DNA of 39,028 nt from a virus (Duplodnaviria; Caudoviricetes). Under the pieces are notes generated by a model. The model was given only the letters and a program-made list of their open reading frames with translations, was not told the DNA's origin and did no database searches. Of the stretch, positions 18,187 through 32,100 are shown piece by piece; position 1 is the first letter of the stretch, and every line of letters starts with the position of its first letter. The DNA lies in the IMG/VR virus record IMGVR_UViG_3300037991_005359, positions 1-39,028 of that record; one strand, written 5' to 3'. Position numbers and translations under genes: made by a program.

Positions 18187-20151
18187 ATGAGTACAAAAAA
18201 ACTTAGAAAAGCAAAACTTGATAAAGAAGAAAAATTATATAAAAAACAAAATGAACCTGCAAATTTAGATGTTTATAATGATTCAAAAACTATTAAACAA
18301 TATCAAAATTATGGAAGCATGGGTTTAGGTGATAGTTTAGGACAAAATAAAGATATAATGCGTGATCCATATAAATCAGGCTTTGTAAAAAGACAAGCTG
18401 CTAAAAGATATTTAGATGATTATGATGGAATATCTACTAGTAATTTAGATTCTTTTGTAAAAGGAGAAGAAGAGTTAGGAAAGCTTGATGCTAGTAGAAA
18501 ACAAATATCCTCTCCAGCTTTTAATCGTAATTCAAGAAATTTTGTTGAAAGTTCAGTAGACCAATATAAATCTTCTGGATTGCCTGAAGAACAATTTCTT
18601 TATAATCAAGAGTTACAAAGAGGTATTCCATCTGGATATAATAGAACTCAAGTACAACTTAACGCTTTAGCCGCTGCTGCTGATCAAGAAATTCCTTATC
18701 AAACAACTGATTTTAGCAACAAAGGTTTAGCATTAAAAGCACCTTTACAAAAACCAAAAGGTATGCCTGAGAGAGAAGTTATTTTTGACAGGGTAGGTTC
18801 TGCTACTGAATATCTTGCAAGCGATGATGCTCCAATTCCAGAAGGTTTAGTAGAAGTTCCTGGTTCAGGTGGTAGAGCTTTTGTTCAACCAGAAGATGCA
18901 AAAACAATAAAAAGCAGAAGAGAAGCAGATTTTTATCGAGATACTTTATTTAATGCAAGAAAAACAGGATTTGCTGAAGATGTTTTTGAGAGGATAGAAC
19001 AAACTGCAGCAGCAAGAAGGGAAGCAAAAGGTTTAGGCGATATACCTACAGAAGGTTTGTTAAGTAGTTTAACTAGAGATGCTAACTTAACTGGTACAGC
19101 TTTAACATTTGGTGGCAAACGTGCAAATGAAGCTGCTAAAACTATTCTTAATACTTTAGAAGAATCTGGTTTAAATGTTGCAGATCTTAACAATGCTGAA
19201 AAACGAACATTAATTACAATTAAATCTGGATTAGCAGATCCTATGAGTAATACTCGTAGAGAAGCGACAGAACAATTACAAGGATTAGTTTCTGGAAGTA
19301 TGTTAAGACGAGCAGATGAAGCTGCAGGTAGACTTAATGAAGATTTAGCTATAGGTGATACTGAAAGAGAGATGAAACAAAATCAACTTATAGTTCAAAA
19401 TCTTACATCTAAATTTATAGCAGGAACAGCTACACCAGAAGAAATTAAAGAATTAGGTAGAGCTATGAAAGCTACTGCTATTATTAGAGATATAGATGAT
19501 GTTGAAGCTAAAAAGAAAAAAATAACTACAGCAGCAACTTACCTTACTACTATTAGTACAACTGGACAAAGACGGATTGATTCAATTCAAAAACAATTAG
19601 AAGAAGAGACTAATGATGCTAAAAGAAATACACTTAATGAACAAATTAAACTAATTCAAGATCAAGTTACAGCAGCATCTAAAAACTTTATGAAAATTTA
19701 TGAAGGTACTAATCTTGAAGGTTTAACTGCTGATGATTTAAGAAATAATACTCCTGCACTTCAAGAAGCTTTAAATAAAATTGATGAAGAAGCAGGTTTA
19801 ACTGATACAACTTCTGATGATGAAGTTACTAAACCAGTATTATATGAATTAACTGATGATATAAAACAAGAATTAGATAACGTATATGATCTTACTAAAC
19901 CTACTATTTTAATAGCATCTCAAGCTCCTGGAGGTCAATCTAGAGAAGATAATAGAACTTTTGAACAAAGAATGTCAGATAAATTTAGAAAAGAATTTGG
20001 TTCAGACGAAGCTTATAATGCTTTCCTTAAAGATCAAAAACAAGAAATGATAGATCGTTTAACAAAAGAATCTACCCCTAAAAAAGGTATGGCACAAAAA
20101 GAAAGACACCTTAAAGCACAAAAAAGATTAGATTTTATTTTAGGAAAATAA
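18187..20151 (+). CDS. Putative internal virion/ejection protein
   Basis: 654 aa, helical and charged, directly upstream of the giant virion protein. Confidence 0.5.
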   Translation: MSTKKLRKAKLDKEEKLYKKQNEPANLDVYNDSKTIKQYQNYGSMGLGDSLGQNKDIMRDPYKSGFVKRQAAKRYLDDYDGISTSNLDSFVKGEEELGKLDASRKQISSPAFNRNSRNFVESSVDQYKSSGLPEEQFLYNQELQRGIPSGYNRTQVQLNALAAAADQEIPYQTTDFSNKGLALKAPLQKPKGMPEREVIFDRVGSATEYLASDDAPIPEGLVEVPGSGGRAFVQPEDAKTIKSRREADFYRDTLFNARKTGFAEDVFERIEQTAAARREAKGLGDIPTEGLLSSLTRDANLTGTALTFGGKRANEAAKTILNTLEESGLNVADLNNAEKRTLITIKSGLADPMSNTRREATEQLQGLVSGSMLRRADEAAGRLNEDLAIGDTEREMKQNQLIVQNLTSKFIAGTATPEEIKELGRAMKATAIIRDIDDVEAKKKKITTAATYLTTISTTGQRRIDSIQKQLEEETNDAKRNTLNEQIKLIQDQVTAASKNFMKIYEGTNLEGLTADDLRNNTPALQEALNKIDEEAGLTDTTSDDEVTKPVLYELTDDIKQELDNVYDLTKPTILIASQAPGGQSREDNRTFEQRMSDKFRKEFGSDEAYNAFLKDQKQEMIDRLTKESTPKKGMAQKERHLKAQKRLDFILGK

Positions 20152-20152
20152 T

Positions 20153-23100
20153 ATGGCAATAATTAATAACGATCCAATCGGAGAAGATCGTGCTAATATA
20201 GATTATGCAGATCAAATAGCAGCTCAACTCTCCGCAATGAATTATTTTAGATCTGCTTTACTTGAAGCGGATAGAGATAAATCAAAACAATACAATACTT
20301 TCTTAGCACCAGAAGAAGAAGAAAAATATCAATCTTGGAAACGATTAGCCTCACCTATATATGGCGACATTGATGAATCAGATTATGATTTTCGTGGATT
20401 ATATCGTGAAACTTTAGGTGCAGTACCAGATAGCGTTTACAAACCTGCAACATACAGAAAACCTAACAATATAGAGTTTACTACTGATTCTATATATCAT
20501 GGTAGAGATGGCTATCAAGGTGGTACATATACTCAAGATGGTAAGTTTATGGTTGGTTCAACTACTTTTTATTCTGATGATGAACTAGAAAATTTTTATA
20601 CTAATAAAAATATAACAGTAGATAAAAGCAAAGAGTTAACTCAAACCGAAAGATTAAGACAGGCATTAAGAGATGAAGACTATGATTTTTCATATGTTAA
20701 ATCTGACATCGACGCTTATCAACAAGCTGAAAAGTTAGGTAAAAAAACTATTGGAGAAGTAATAAAAGAATCTTTTGATCCTGCTGGTGATAATGTATTT
20801 GGAAGAATAGCAGGAACTACAGTAGGTGGAGCTATAGGTGCAAGTCTAGCTGCAGGTTTATTAGGTAGTAATCCTGTAGGTTGGGCAGGAGCTTTATTAA
20901 TGGCTGGTGGTGCAGCTTTAGGTGCTACAGCTGGTGATGGTCTTGCTATATGGGGTAGCAATAAAGATGAACGTGATATTGAAGAAAAAATGTTACGCCT
21001 TCAAGCAGATGATTATGATGATCCTGCTGAAAGAGAACTTGCTGAGCAAGATGTTGCTAGTTGGTACAATGAATTAAATATTGAAAGGTACCGTGAACAA
21101 GGATGGGGTGCTAATGTTGCTGATATATTCTTAGAGTCTCTACCATATATGTCTTCTTTCTTTGTACCTGGTAAAGCTTTAGCTGTTGGAGGTCAAAAAG
21201 TATTAGATAATGTAACTGGTAAACTTGTTAATATATTTAATAGAACTACAAAAACAGGAAAACGAGCAGACCCAGGTTTTAAAGCAGCTTTAAAATCAGG
21301 AGATTTTTCTAAACTTGAACTTGATGAGTATCCTCTACAAATAACAAAAGAACAATCTAAAGAAATTTTAAGAGCAGTAAGAAAAGATACAAGTTTTGCA
21401 AAAGGAGATTCTAGAGCTAAAGCATATAGAAAAGGTATGGAAAAAGCTTATAATGATAATCTTCAAAAAGTATTAAAAAGTAAGCCAGTAAGATTAGGTA
21501 TATCAGGAGCTGGAACTCAAGTTATACAACAACCTGCAATTTTTGATGATTTAGCACAAGAAAGATTAGAATCGTTTAGCGTAGATGATAAAGGTAATTT
21601 TACTTTTGATGAAACAGGTATGTCTGATCTTGCAATTAAACAAGCTAGTGCTTATCTAGCTATATTAGTTGAAACTGTAGGATTTGAATATGCTTCTAAA
21701 TTAGTAAAAGCAACTGGCATACAAAACGCTTTAAAACCAGCAGTAGAATCTGTAGTTAATAGTAAAGCTGTCAAAGCTATAGGTAGACCTGGTATTAGAA
21801 AAGGTTTAGATAATTTCTTTAATAATAATCTTTTAGGTAAATCTTTAACAGGCAAGACAGCTTTGATGAAAGATATAGCACAAAAGGTTCAATTTGGTGG
21901 TGTATTAGAAGAAGCATCTGAAGAATATATTGAAATGGTAGCATCAGCTACTCTTGGTTTAGATAAAGAACAAAGAGAACAGCAAGGCTTTAGCTACGCT
22001 GAAAACCTTTTAGACAAAGTATTATTTCCAGTAAAGTATCCTGCTGAAGCTTCTGCTATATTAGCAGCTGTTGCTATTCTTCCTACTGCTGCTGCTGGAG
22101 TCTCTGCAGTTAGAGGGGATAAATTAAAAGAAGAGTATGAAAAAGAGTTAGGTATAATAGAAAAGCTATTAGATCTACAAAAATCAGGACAGTTTATAAC
22201 TGCTGAAGAATTAAACAAAGCTGTAGAAGATGCTGAAATATTTGCTGGTACTGTTTTTAATCAAGAAAAAAATAAAAAATGGTTTCAACGTGGATTAATA
22301 GGAAAAGTATTACAAGCTGGAAGACATAATGATATTTTAGTTGCAGATGGTTTTGGATTTAAAGATTCTTTAGACATGGTTGAGACTATTGAAAATAGAG
22401 CAACTCAACTTGTAGAAGAATCTAAAGATGTAAATGCTCCTATTTCAGAACTTGCTGCTAGAAAAAAAGCTATATCAGAAATAGTTTCTGAATCTATTGT
22501 AGTTAAACTTGCAGTTGAAGCTGAAGGTGTTACTGAAAAACAAGCTAGAAATATTTTAGAAGAACTAAGAAAAAATAATGATATTAAACCTTTTAAGATT
22601 CAAGGTGAAAAAGGACAGTTTATAACTGGAATTGGAGTAAAACAAACAGGACCAAGAAAAACTGTTGTACAAAAATTTCAAATTAGTTCTAAAAGAAGAA
22701 AAGAATTAGAAAAAGATCCTACTATTAAAAAGGTTCTTGATTCTCAAGGAATAATAACTAGAGGACAAACAGAAGCTAGTGATGCTGCTTTATCAGAAAG
22801 AACATCATTAGATACATCAGAAGTGGATAAGTTATCTACTATGATAAATAATAAGAATACTTCTCCTCAAGTTATTAAAGAGCAAAGAAACATAGCTATC
22901 AATTCTGTAAAGTCTCAATTAAACTTAACATTTGGAACAACACCAGCGACTGGAGGTAAAGGTGCAATTAGAACTTTTGATAAAAGAGTTGAAAATATTG
23001 TAGATCAATTAGCATCTGAAAAATCAGACAATCCAGATTTAAAAGTATCTATAGCTCCCGCAACTGTTGTTGAAAAAATGGATGAATTTGGTGGTAGAAA

Positions 23101-26100
23101 ATTTAAAGATAAAACAGGTGTTGCTGTAATACAAGGTACAAATTTAGATAATGAAATTATATTATCAGATTTAAGCACATTTGATCCACAAACTGATTTA
23201 ATCGGTACTGGGGCTAGAGTTGTAGAAGAAGAGGCTTTAGAAGTTAATTACAAGGCTTCTAGGGGTACAAAACTAAATACCTTTACTAATCAATTAATTG
23301 GTCTAACAAAAAATGAAGCTAAAAATATAATAAAGTCAGAAGAATCTACTGAAGAAGAAAAAATTAAAGCTAAAATTACATTAGGAGTATTAAATAATTT
23401 AAGCCCATTTGAAGCATTTATAAATCTAACTCAAGCTGCTTATGGAGATCAATCTAGATTTGTTGATCCTAATTTATCTACTGCAGTAGAATTTATTAAA
23501 AGTAATTCTAATTTATCATCCTTGCTGGATCAATCTGTATTAACATCTTTTAGTGGAAACAGATTAGCTAAATTGTCTAGCAATATGAATCCTCAATCTT
23601 TACAGCTTGCAGAGTCACTTATTCAAGAATCAACCTCTAAAGGTAGAACTGCTGTTGAAAAATTCTTAGAAACACAACCATCAAAACCATTAAAGAAAAC
23701 TAAAACAGGTAAAACATTTCCTTCTAGAAAGATTAAGAAAGCTAAACAAGAAGCAATAGGAGAAGTTAAAGGTCAAATAGTTTCTGGCAAATTATCAGAA
23801 GAACAAAAAGTATTAGCTAAGAAAGTATTAACTGTTTTAGAAAAAGAATATGATGATCCTTCTGGCATAGAAACAAAAAGAAAAGCACAAATTAGAAAAA
23901 TACATAATCAAAAAAGATTTCAAGATGTTACATATTCTGTTGTAACAGGAGAACAGTCTGATGGAGATCAGAATCTTGATCCTAAAAAAAGAAAAGAAGA
24001 AAATACAGGTAAAGATAATACTGATTTAAATTTTGTTTCTACTTATTCTGATGAGTTTTATGACGACAAAGTAAGTAATGCTATTGTTTCTGAACGTGGT
24101 TCAAGAGAAGGTAAAGCTGTTATTAAAAATGTTAGAGACTCTAAATGGTTAGATGAAGCATTAGAGTCAGAAAAAGCTTGGAATAATTTTAAATCAAAAA
24201 CTCATAGAGATTCTGTTAAAGATTTATTTAAAAGAATTGGTGAAAATTACACATACAAACAAGTAAAAAGATTTCAAAGGTTAAATAAAAGTAATCATAT
24301 TTATAGATTTTTCTCTGTTGATCTTAAAGGAAAGATACAATTTAAAAATAGCATTGATATGTTGGCAGAGTTAATTACTAACGTTAATGATAACAATAGT
24401 AACGTTGATTACAGAAAAGCATCTTATGAGCAACTTAAAAAGATTTTAACATCTGAGCCTACAGCAGAAATAGTTGATGAATTATTTTCATTATTAGAAG
24501 AATGGACTGGTATTTCTTCTGAAAAATTAAAAGATATAAATCAAACATTTGATAATAAAATAGTTTCTAGAATGTTTGAAATAGATCCTAATGATTTAAC
24601 TGATAGAAAAACATCTATAATTAAAAATGCTATTATAAAAGGTGCAGATCCAGGTCCAGGAAAAAGTAAGAATTTTGGCGATCAAAATTCTATATCTAGA
24701 TTTATAATGGAATCAGATTTAGGAAGTTTTAGAAACTCTCCAATGTTTACTAGCGTAACTGGAAAACAAAAAGCAGCATCAAGAGGTGATTCTCATATTA
24801 ATTTTGCTGCTCAAGAAATATTTAAAATGCTTGGCTTAAATGAAGAACAAATAAAAAATATTTCATATAGATATATAATGTTTTTAGATGGTACTGGAGA
24901 AGCAAAAACTAAACATACTGAACCAGAAAATTTAAGAGAAACTCAAGTTATTAAAATAATTAAAAATGTATTTAATGAATCTGCAAATCCACCAAAAGAT
25001 AGTCTATTAAGAGGTTTGCATAAAGCTGCTGGTCAAAAAGTTTATTATCATCAAATGGGTAGGTTTGGTGAAAAAGGATCAATGCCTTTTGTTCTACAAA
25101 AATATTACGGTAATAATAAAAAAGATTTATTAAAAGAAGCAAAAAGAGCTAAAGCAAGACTAGATAGTTTTAAATCTAAAGATGCAAGAGATATGTTTAT
25201 AGATCCTGTTGCTTTAGTAGAAAGTTTTAAAAATGAAACTGTATCTAAAGATGAAGAAGTAGATGCACATTATGCAATTAATACTATTAACTTAATGTAT
25301 GCAATGCATGGCGATCCTTCTGTTTATGTTATGTCTGAATCTAAAAAAGAAGGCAAAAGTAAAGATCAAATCGTTGCTTATAACTTTCTTAATCTTGTAG
25401 CTAGAGCTTCTCAAATATTAACAGATGGCGTTGCTTATAGAGGTCCTTTAAAGCTCATAAAAATAGAAGATATTCCAGGATTTTCTAATGCAGATATTGA
25501 TGCATTTGATGGGCAAGCATTGTTATCAGATAAAAAATTAAAAGAAATAGCAGAAGATTTAGTTATAGAAGACACAGATACATTAAAAGCTCATATATCT
25601 AATGTTACAAATGGCAAAAGAGTTTTAGTAAAAGTTAACTGGACAAATGTAGAACTTGCAAGAGAAACAAGTCCTATAATGGAAAAACTAGCTAAGTACA
25701 TAAATCAACATGATATTGATGGCGTAGTATTTCCTTCTGGTGCTAAATACATGGACATTGAAACAACTGATTGGCAAAATGATGAGGTCCCTAAAGTTCT
25801 TGAATTTCCAGAAGGAAATAATTTAATTGTTTCTCAAGACCTGCATCACGATAACCAGGCAACACATGAAGGTTTTATACCTAGTCAACGAGTCGCTCAC
25901 TTTGCTGCATTAAATGAAGATATATCTTTTATAATTAATGGTAGTTTAAGAACAATAAATTCTCCTGGATTAACAGCTTTTGATTTAAGAACTGAAGCAT
26001 CTGAAATTAATTTACAACAACATAAAAAGAAACCTAAAAAAGTAGAATTAGGAGCTACAGCAAATCCAGATATAATTAGAGCTAAAGCAAATGGAGAAGA

Positions 26101-29100
26101 CGTTGAGAATGATCCTAGATTTATATCTTCACTTATATCTTCAAAACTATCTGCTGTTAAAAATTTAATACGTCACTCTGGTAAACGAACTGCTCTACAA
26201 ACTCTTGGAGAAGGTGATCTTAAATTAGCTGGATATGAAGAAGTAGTAGATGCTAATGGAAATCGAATAATAAAATTAGCTAGAATAAATGCTAATATTA
26301 GAGGTGTTAGGTATCAATCTAAAGGTTTTAAATCTAAAGAAAAAGCTATTGAGCATATTAAAAATAATCCACTTTTATATGCAGATATGTTTTATGCAAA
26401 TGAAGATGGTAATCCAGACTTTGAAAATGTATTAGAACATGAAATAGATGAAATAGATGGCAAGTTTATAATTCCTGGAGAAATAGTAGAAAGAACCCGT
26501 GTACCTTCAGGAGCTTATGCATCTCATTCTTTTAATAGGGTTATGCAACCTGCTAGTAAAACTTATAAAACAGCTAACATAGCAGTTGCAAATGATTCAG
26601 TTAGAATAGGAATGGGAGAAGATCTTGATGGAGATAAAGGCTTTACGCTTGTTTTAGATAGACAGTTTACAGAAGATGGTAAAATAGAATTTTTATTTGA
26701 AATAGAAGCAGATCCTAAAACACCTGAACTTACTGCATCATCTTTAAATAACAGAGCATTAATGTTAGAGCATATGGCTTGGATCCATCCTGATTATTTT
26801 GGGCATTATAATGTAAAAGGCGATATACCTAAAGATTCATTTGATAAAGCTATTAATAGATCTGCTAATGAAAAGTTAAAAGATTTTAAATTTGGAAGTG
26901 TTAAAGGTTTAGGATTAGCATCAGAAGTTAATTATACTAGAGCTAAAGTAATTGGTACAACTGCCGTTTATAATACAATGTTTTCAGCATTATCTCTTGA
27001 TACATCTTCTGAAAAAATACTTACAACAGATAACCCTAGAAAAGCATATGAACGAGAAAAGTATTATGTAGAATCTCCTACATCTATTGATTTTACTTCA
27101 TATAAAACTATTAAACGTTTATTAGATATTGTTTTAAATATTGCATTAGATGACCACAAAGATCCTAGATTATTTTTTGCAAATATAACTCCTGAAACTG
27201 CTAGTATATTTGCCACATTAGTTATGACTAATGTTAAAAAAATGAATTTAGGTTCTGAAAATTCAACAGTAAAAAATACTAAAGCCGCTAAAAAAGTAGA
27301 AGAAATAATTAGACTATTACAAACAGCAAAAATTAAAATTGATAAAAGAACAGGTAAAAAAAGATTAGAGATAAAAGATGAAAAATTTACTAAAGAAATA
27401 ACAGATTTTACAAAAGAAGCATTTCATATAACTAGAGTTTTAAATGCCCCTTATAACACACCAAGTACTGTTGAAGAATTAATAAAATTAATACAAGCTA
27501 AATATAAAATTGATAATTCAGATATAATAAATGATTTAAATCCTTTAATTGTATTAGGTAAAAATACTATTAATGAATACGAAGAAATATATATAAATAC
27601 TCCACAGCATAAAATATTAGAACAATATCATTCTATTGGTGATGATTTAATGGCTGAATATTATGCAGGAGAACAATTAGTACCAACTTTACAAAATTTT
27701 GAAGCTCTTTCTAAAATGATAATTCTTCAATCTTTATATCAAGTGTCAGGTAATGAAGGTTTGATTACAGAAGAATATCTTGATAGCCAAACAGACATTG
27801 TTACTAAACTAATTAATAGTAAAAACAATAATAAATTTTTATCTAGATTAGAAATAAAAGAAGGAGGAGAAATATCTTTAGATGAAAGAACTTCTCAAAA
27901 AGATTTAACTCAAAAAGATTTAGAATTTTTAAGATCATCTTTTGATAGGTTAACAGATGAACAAAAAATTGCTTTAGCAGTTGTTGCTTATAAGCAATTC
28001 GGAACTAAAACTAGTGCTTGGGGAGGAAACTGGATTACATTTTTAGATTTAAAAACTTCTAAAAAAATAAATGCTAACAATAATAAAGCTGTAAAACTAT
28101 TATCTGAAACTGATTGGGTAAATAATATAGGTTTAGCTATAGAAGCAAGCTTAAAACTTGATTTAAGTACCAAAGAAGCTGAAAGTTATGTATTCTGGTT
28201 AGGTTTTGAAGAAAGAAAAGAAAGAGAAGAAGAGAAAAAGAAAACTGTTTCTTCTAGCAAACTAAGAGGCAGTAATACAGGTTCTTTACAAGACCAAGCT
28301 ACAAAACGAATTGAGGAAGTTATTCCTCCATCTGCTAAAAAACATTTAGAAAAAGAACGAGTTAAAACAAGAATAGCTACTCAATTTATAGGAGATGGTG
28401 TTGAAAACTCTTCTACCGATAAATTCAGAGAAATGTATGAAAAGCTTTATTTTGAAAAGCTTAGACAAGGAGTTGCTAATACAGGAAAATATACAGCTAA
28501 AGATATTATATATGTATCTTCTAATGGAAGAAGAAAGAATAGAGTTGATCCTGTTATTAATGGAGAGTTGCAGGGAGTATATAAGAATATAGACAAGGCA
28601 ATAAAAGCTGGTGCTACAATTGTAATGGACACTTTAGAATATTTAAAGAAAACTAAAAGTTATAATATCGGAGAAGCAGCATTAGCAAAATATTTAGAAT
28701 CAAAAGGGTATAGTAGAGTAGGAGAAACTGGCGAATGGAAACCAGGAACAAAACAAACTACACAAGAAACTGCACAAGAAAAAACAAAAACATTTACTGC
28801 ATCAGAATTAATTGCTGATCAAAAATTAAAATTAATTGCTAGCACAATGAAAGAATTAAATCCTCTTGTAAAAGAAAGAGGAACTCATAGTGCAAATGAG
28901 CCAGCAATTGCAACTGATAATAAAGGCTCTATAAATGTAACGATTAATCCAAGAACTATTTCAGCAGATTTTGTTAATAATAAAACTGACGGAATAACAT
29001 TTGATACAGCTTCTGATTACGGAAAATATTCTATCGAGAAAGCTAAATTAGAAGCTGAAGGTATGGAAGAAGCAGCTGCTAAAAAAGCAGCATTAAAAAA

Positions 29101-32100
29101 TATAAACTATAAAGATAGATCAGGAAACAAAGGTGCTACTTACTCTTTATTAAGAGCTTCTATATTAGATAGTCAATCTGATCAAATAAAAATAGCAGAA
29201 CAATTAGAGTCTGAAGGAGCTGATAGAATTGATATATATGAAGCAACAGGCTTATATAGATGGGGAGTAGATGGCAATTGGAGATATGAGATTGATTCAT
29301 CTAAAGCAAAATTAACTCTTAATGATAATTGGTTTACAAATAAATTTCTTAAAATAGGTTTAGATCCAAATAATGCAAAGATTTTATTAAGTCAAAGAAA
29401 TCCTTTACCTTTAAAAGATGTTTTAGATTATCCAGAGCTATATAAAATAATGCCAGAAATAGCTGATTTAAAAGTATCTTTTATTTCTAGTGATACATTA
29501 CCAGGATCTGAAGCGGTTGGAAGTTTTAATCGTAGAACATTTCAAGAAAAACTTATTGAATCTGAGTATGATATATTAATTGCAGTAAACAGAAGTGAAC
29601 AAGAACTTCTTGGAACATTACTACATGAAATACAGCATGGTATTCAACATTTAAGTGACACTCAAAGTGGTACAAATATTCAGAAGCAACAAAATATTCA
29701 AAAAAGAAAAACAAGAGTAAGAATAGATATGTTAGCTAATAAGTTAATAGATAAATATGGAGATGAAGATAATCGAAATGATTATTATAATACAACAGAA
29801 CTAGCTCAATTTGATATTATTGTTAATATGGGAGATAATGCTGATATTATTGGTGATTCATTATTTAAAGAATATGAACAGCAGTTAAGAGTTTATGATT
29901 CATATGGAAATAATTTATATTTAAACGAAAAAGCAAGAGAAGGATATTATTCTAATCCTGGTGAAATAGAAGCTAGAATTGCTCAGTTAAGAGTTGGCAT
30001 GAGCAAAAGACAAAAACAAAAAGAATATCCGTGGGAAACTGCTGCTACACAATTACGAGATATGGGATTGTTAAAAACAGGTATTACATTAGATGAATAC
30101 TTAGAAAGCAATAAAACTTTAGAAGATAATCGTTATGAATTAATGATGAAGCATGAAGCATCTGATGCAAGTATTTCAGTAGAAAAAGATGCTAGACTTG
30201 AATTAAAAGAACATGAAGCTTTAAATAGTTCTTTTTCTGTGGAACAAGTATCTCCACCTAAATTAATAAAAGCATTTAAAAAAGCTGGAATTAATATACC
30301 AGAACAAGGATCACGTTTACATTACAATACAATTCATAATGCATTTATGATGAAACATAGAGACACTATGATGTCTTTACCTAAGTTTCCTTCTTCCGAA
30401 CCTTATTATGAATCGTCAGCACAAAAAGCATCTGATGTAATTAAGTCTATACCTAGTGATATAAGTAGTTTACCTGGAGAAATACAGGCGTTTATATATA
30501 AAAACTACGATAAGCTTGGACCAGAAATATTACCTTCATTAAGTAGTATAGAATCTCAAAACTATTTAGAAGCAGTTGATTTAATATTTGATATTAAAAA
30601 TAAAAATGATTTGCATTATGATTTAATTGATTCATTAGTTGAATACAATGCTTATATCGAAACTATTTCTAATGTATCTGAAGATAAAGCTCCTTCTATA
30701 TTTTTACAAACAACAAGACAGAACTATGGAATTAATGAATATGAAGCTATGGAATATTTAGTTTCATCTATGGCTGATTTAGAACTAGAAGGTTTTGATT
30801 TATCTTTAAATGATATTATAGGTACTCCAGGTAGACAGTATTTAGCTGTAGAAAAAATTAAAGAATCAGAAAACTTTGAGCTTCTTGGTAAGGTTAAAAA
30901 AGCTATACGTTTAGTTAATGGTGTTCCTACAAAATTTGGATTAAACAACGGGACTATAGAGCAAGTTAAACAACCAACTGAAATATCATATTCATTAGCT
31001 TACTTTCCAAAGTTATTAGATACAGCAAGTACAATGATGCCAGCTGATCGTAAATATTCTACACAAGAAATGAGAGATGCTTTGTTGTTTGGAACAAGAC
31101 AAAGCAAAGAAATTATTAGACTGGGTAGAATGTTTGCTAGAAAGTTACTTCGTGATACAGGATCTGAAGTAGCTATAGTAGATGGTAAAAAAATAAAAAG
31201 AACTGCAGAAAGTGATCGAAGAGGCAAACAATTAAGAGAAGCACTTTCTATATTTTTAGAACATTTTGATCCTAAAAATCCTGATAATGATAGTTGGAGA
31301 GATGTTCCAGTAATAGAAAAAGACAAAGCAATAGCTGCATTAGAAACAATGGGACAAGATGAAACTTTCCAAGAAATTGCTGCTAAAGAATTTAATACTG
31401 TAGGGGAAATATTTGATTCATGGACTTTCTGGACATATAAAAATGCTCCACATTTATTAAATGTTACCAATCCTCTTAAACTATATTCAGAATTAAATGA
31501 TATATTAGAATCTCAATATAACAATTTAACAAATACAAGTTCATACATTGGAGAACTATGGTTTGCTAAAAGATCTAATTATGTACCTCACTTTTATGAA
31601 AGACAGGCTCAGAAATATGAATCAAAAAATCAACGTGAAAGAGCTAAACAAGAACAAGGAAGAAAATATAATACATATAATGATGCTTGGAATGAAGCAG
31701 GTTTAATTCCTGAGACATTAGATTTTGGAGATTTAATAAACAAATACTCTTTTGAGACAGCCTCAGTTGCAAGAAATAGACTTTCTGTAAGTGCAATGGC
31801 TCAAGTATCTGATGAGGATATGTTACCTATGATGCTTGTAGAAGGCATTGAAACTATGGGTGTTTTAACTAATGAAGCTGCTCATGTAATAGCTAATAGA
31901 TTAGAAAAAGGAATGTCTTTCTTAAAACCTGACTTTAAATTTAAAACTCCTAGAAATATAAGTGGCTTTGAAAGATTGTCTTTAATGACTAAAGAAATAA
32001 ATCCAGCAGAGCTAGGATATGAAGTTATTGATACACAATATAAAAGTCTTAAAACAGTTTGGGTTAAGAAAGGTGAACCTAAACAATTAATGAATCATAT

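Noticed and set aside
28395-28592. Alternative-frame + strand ORF inside the giant gene
   Set aside because: Short, without motifs, and the main frame is uninterrupted.
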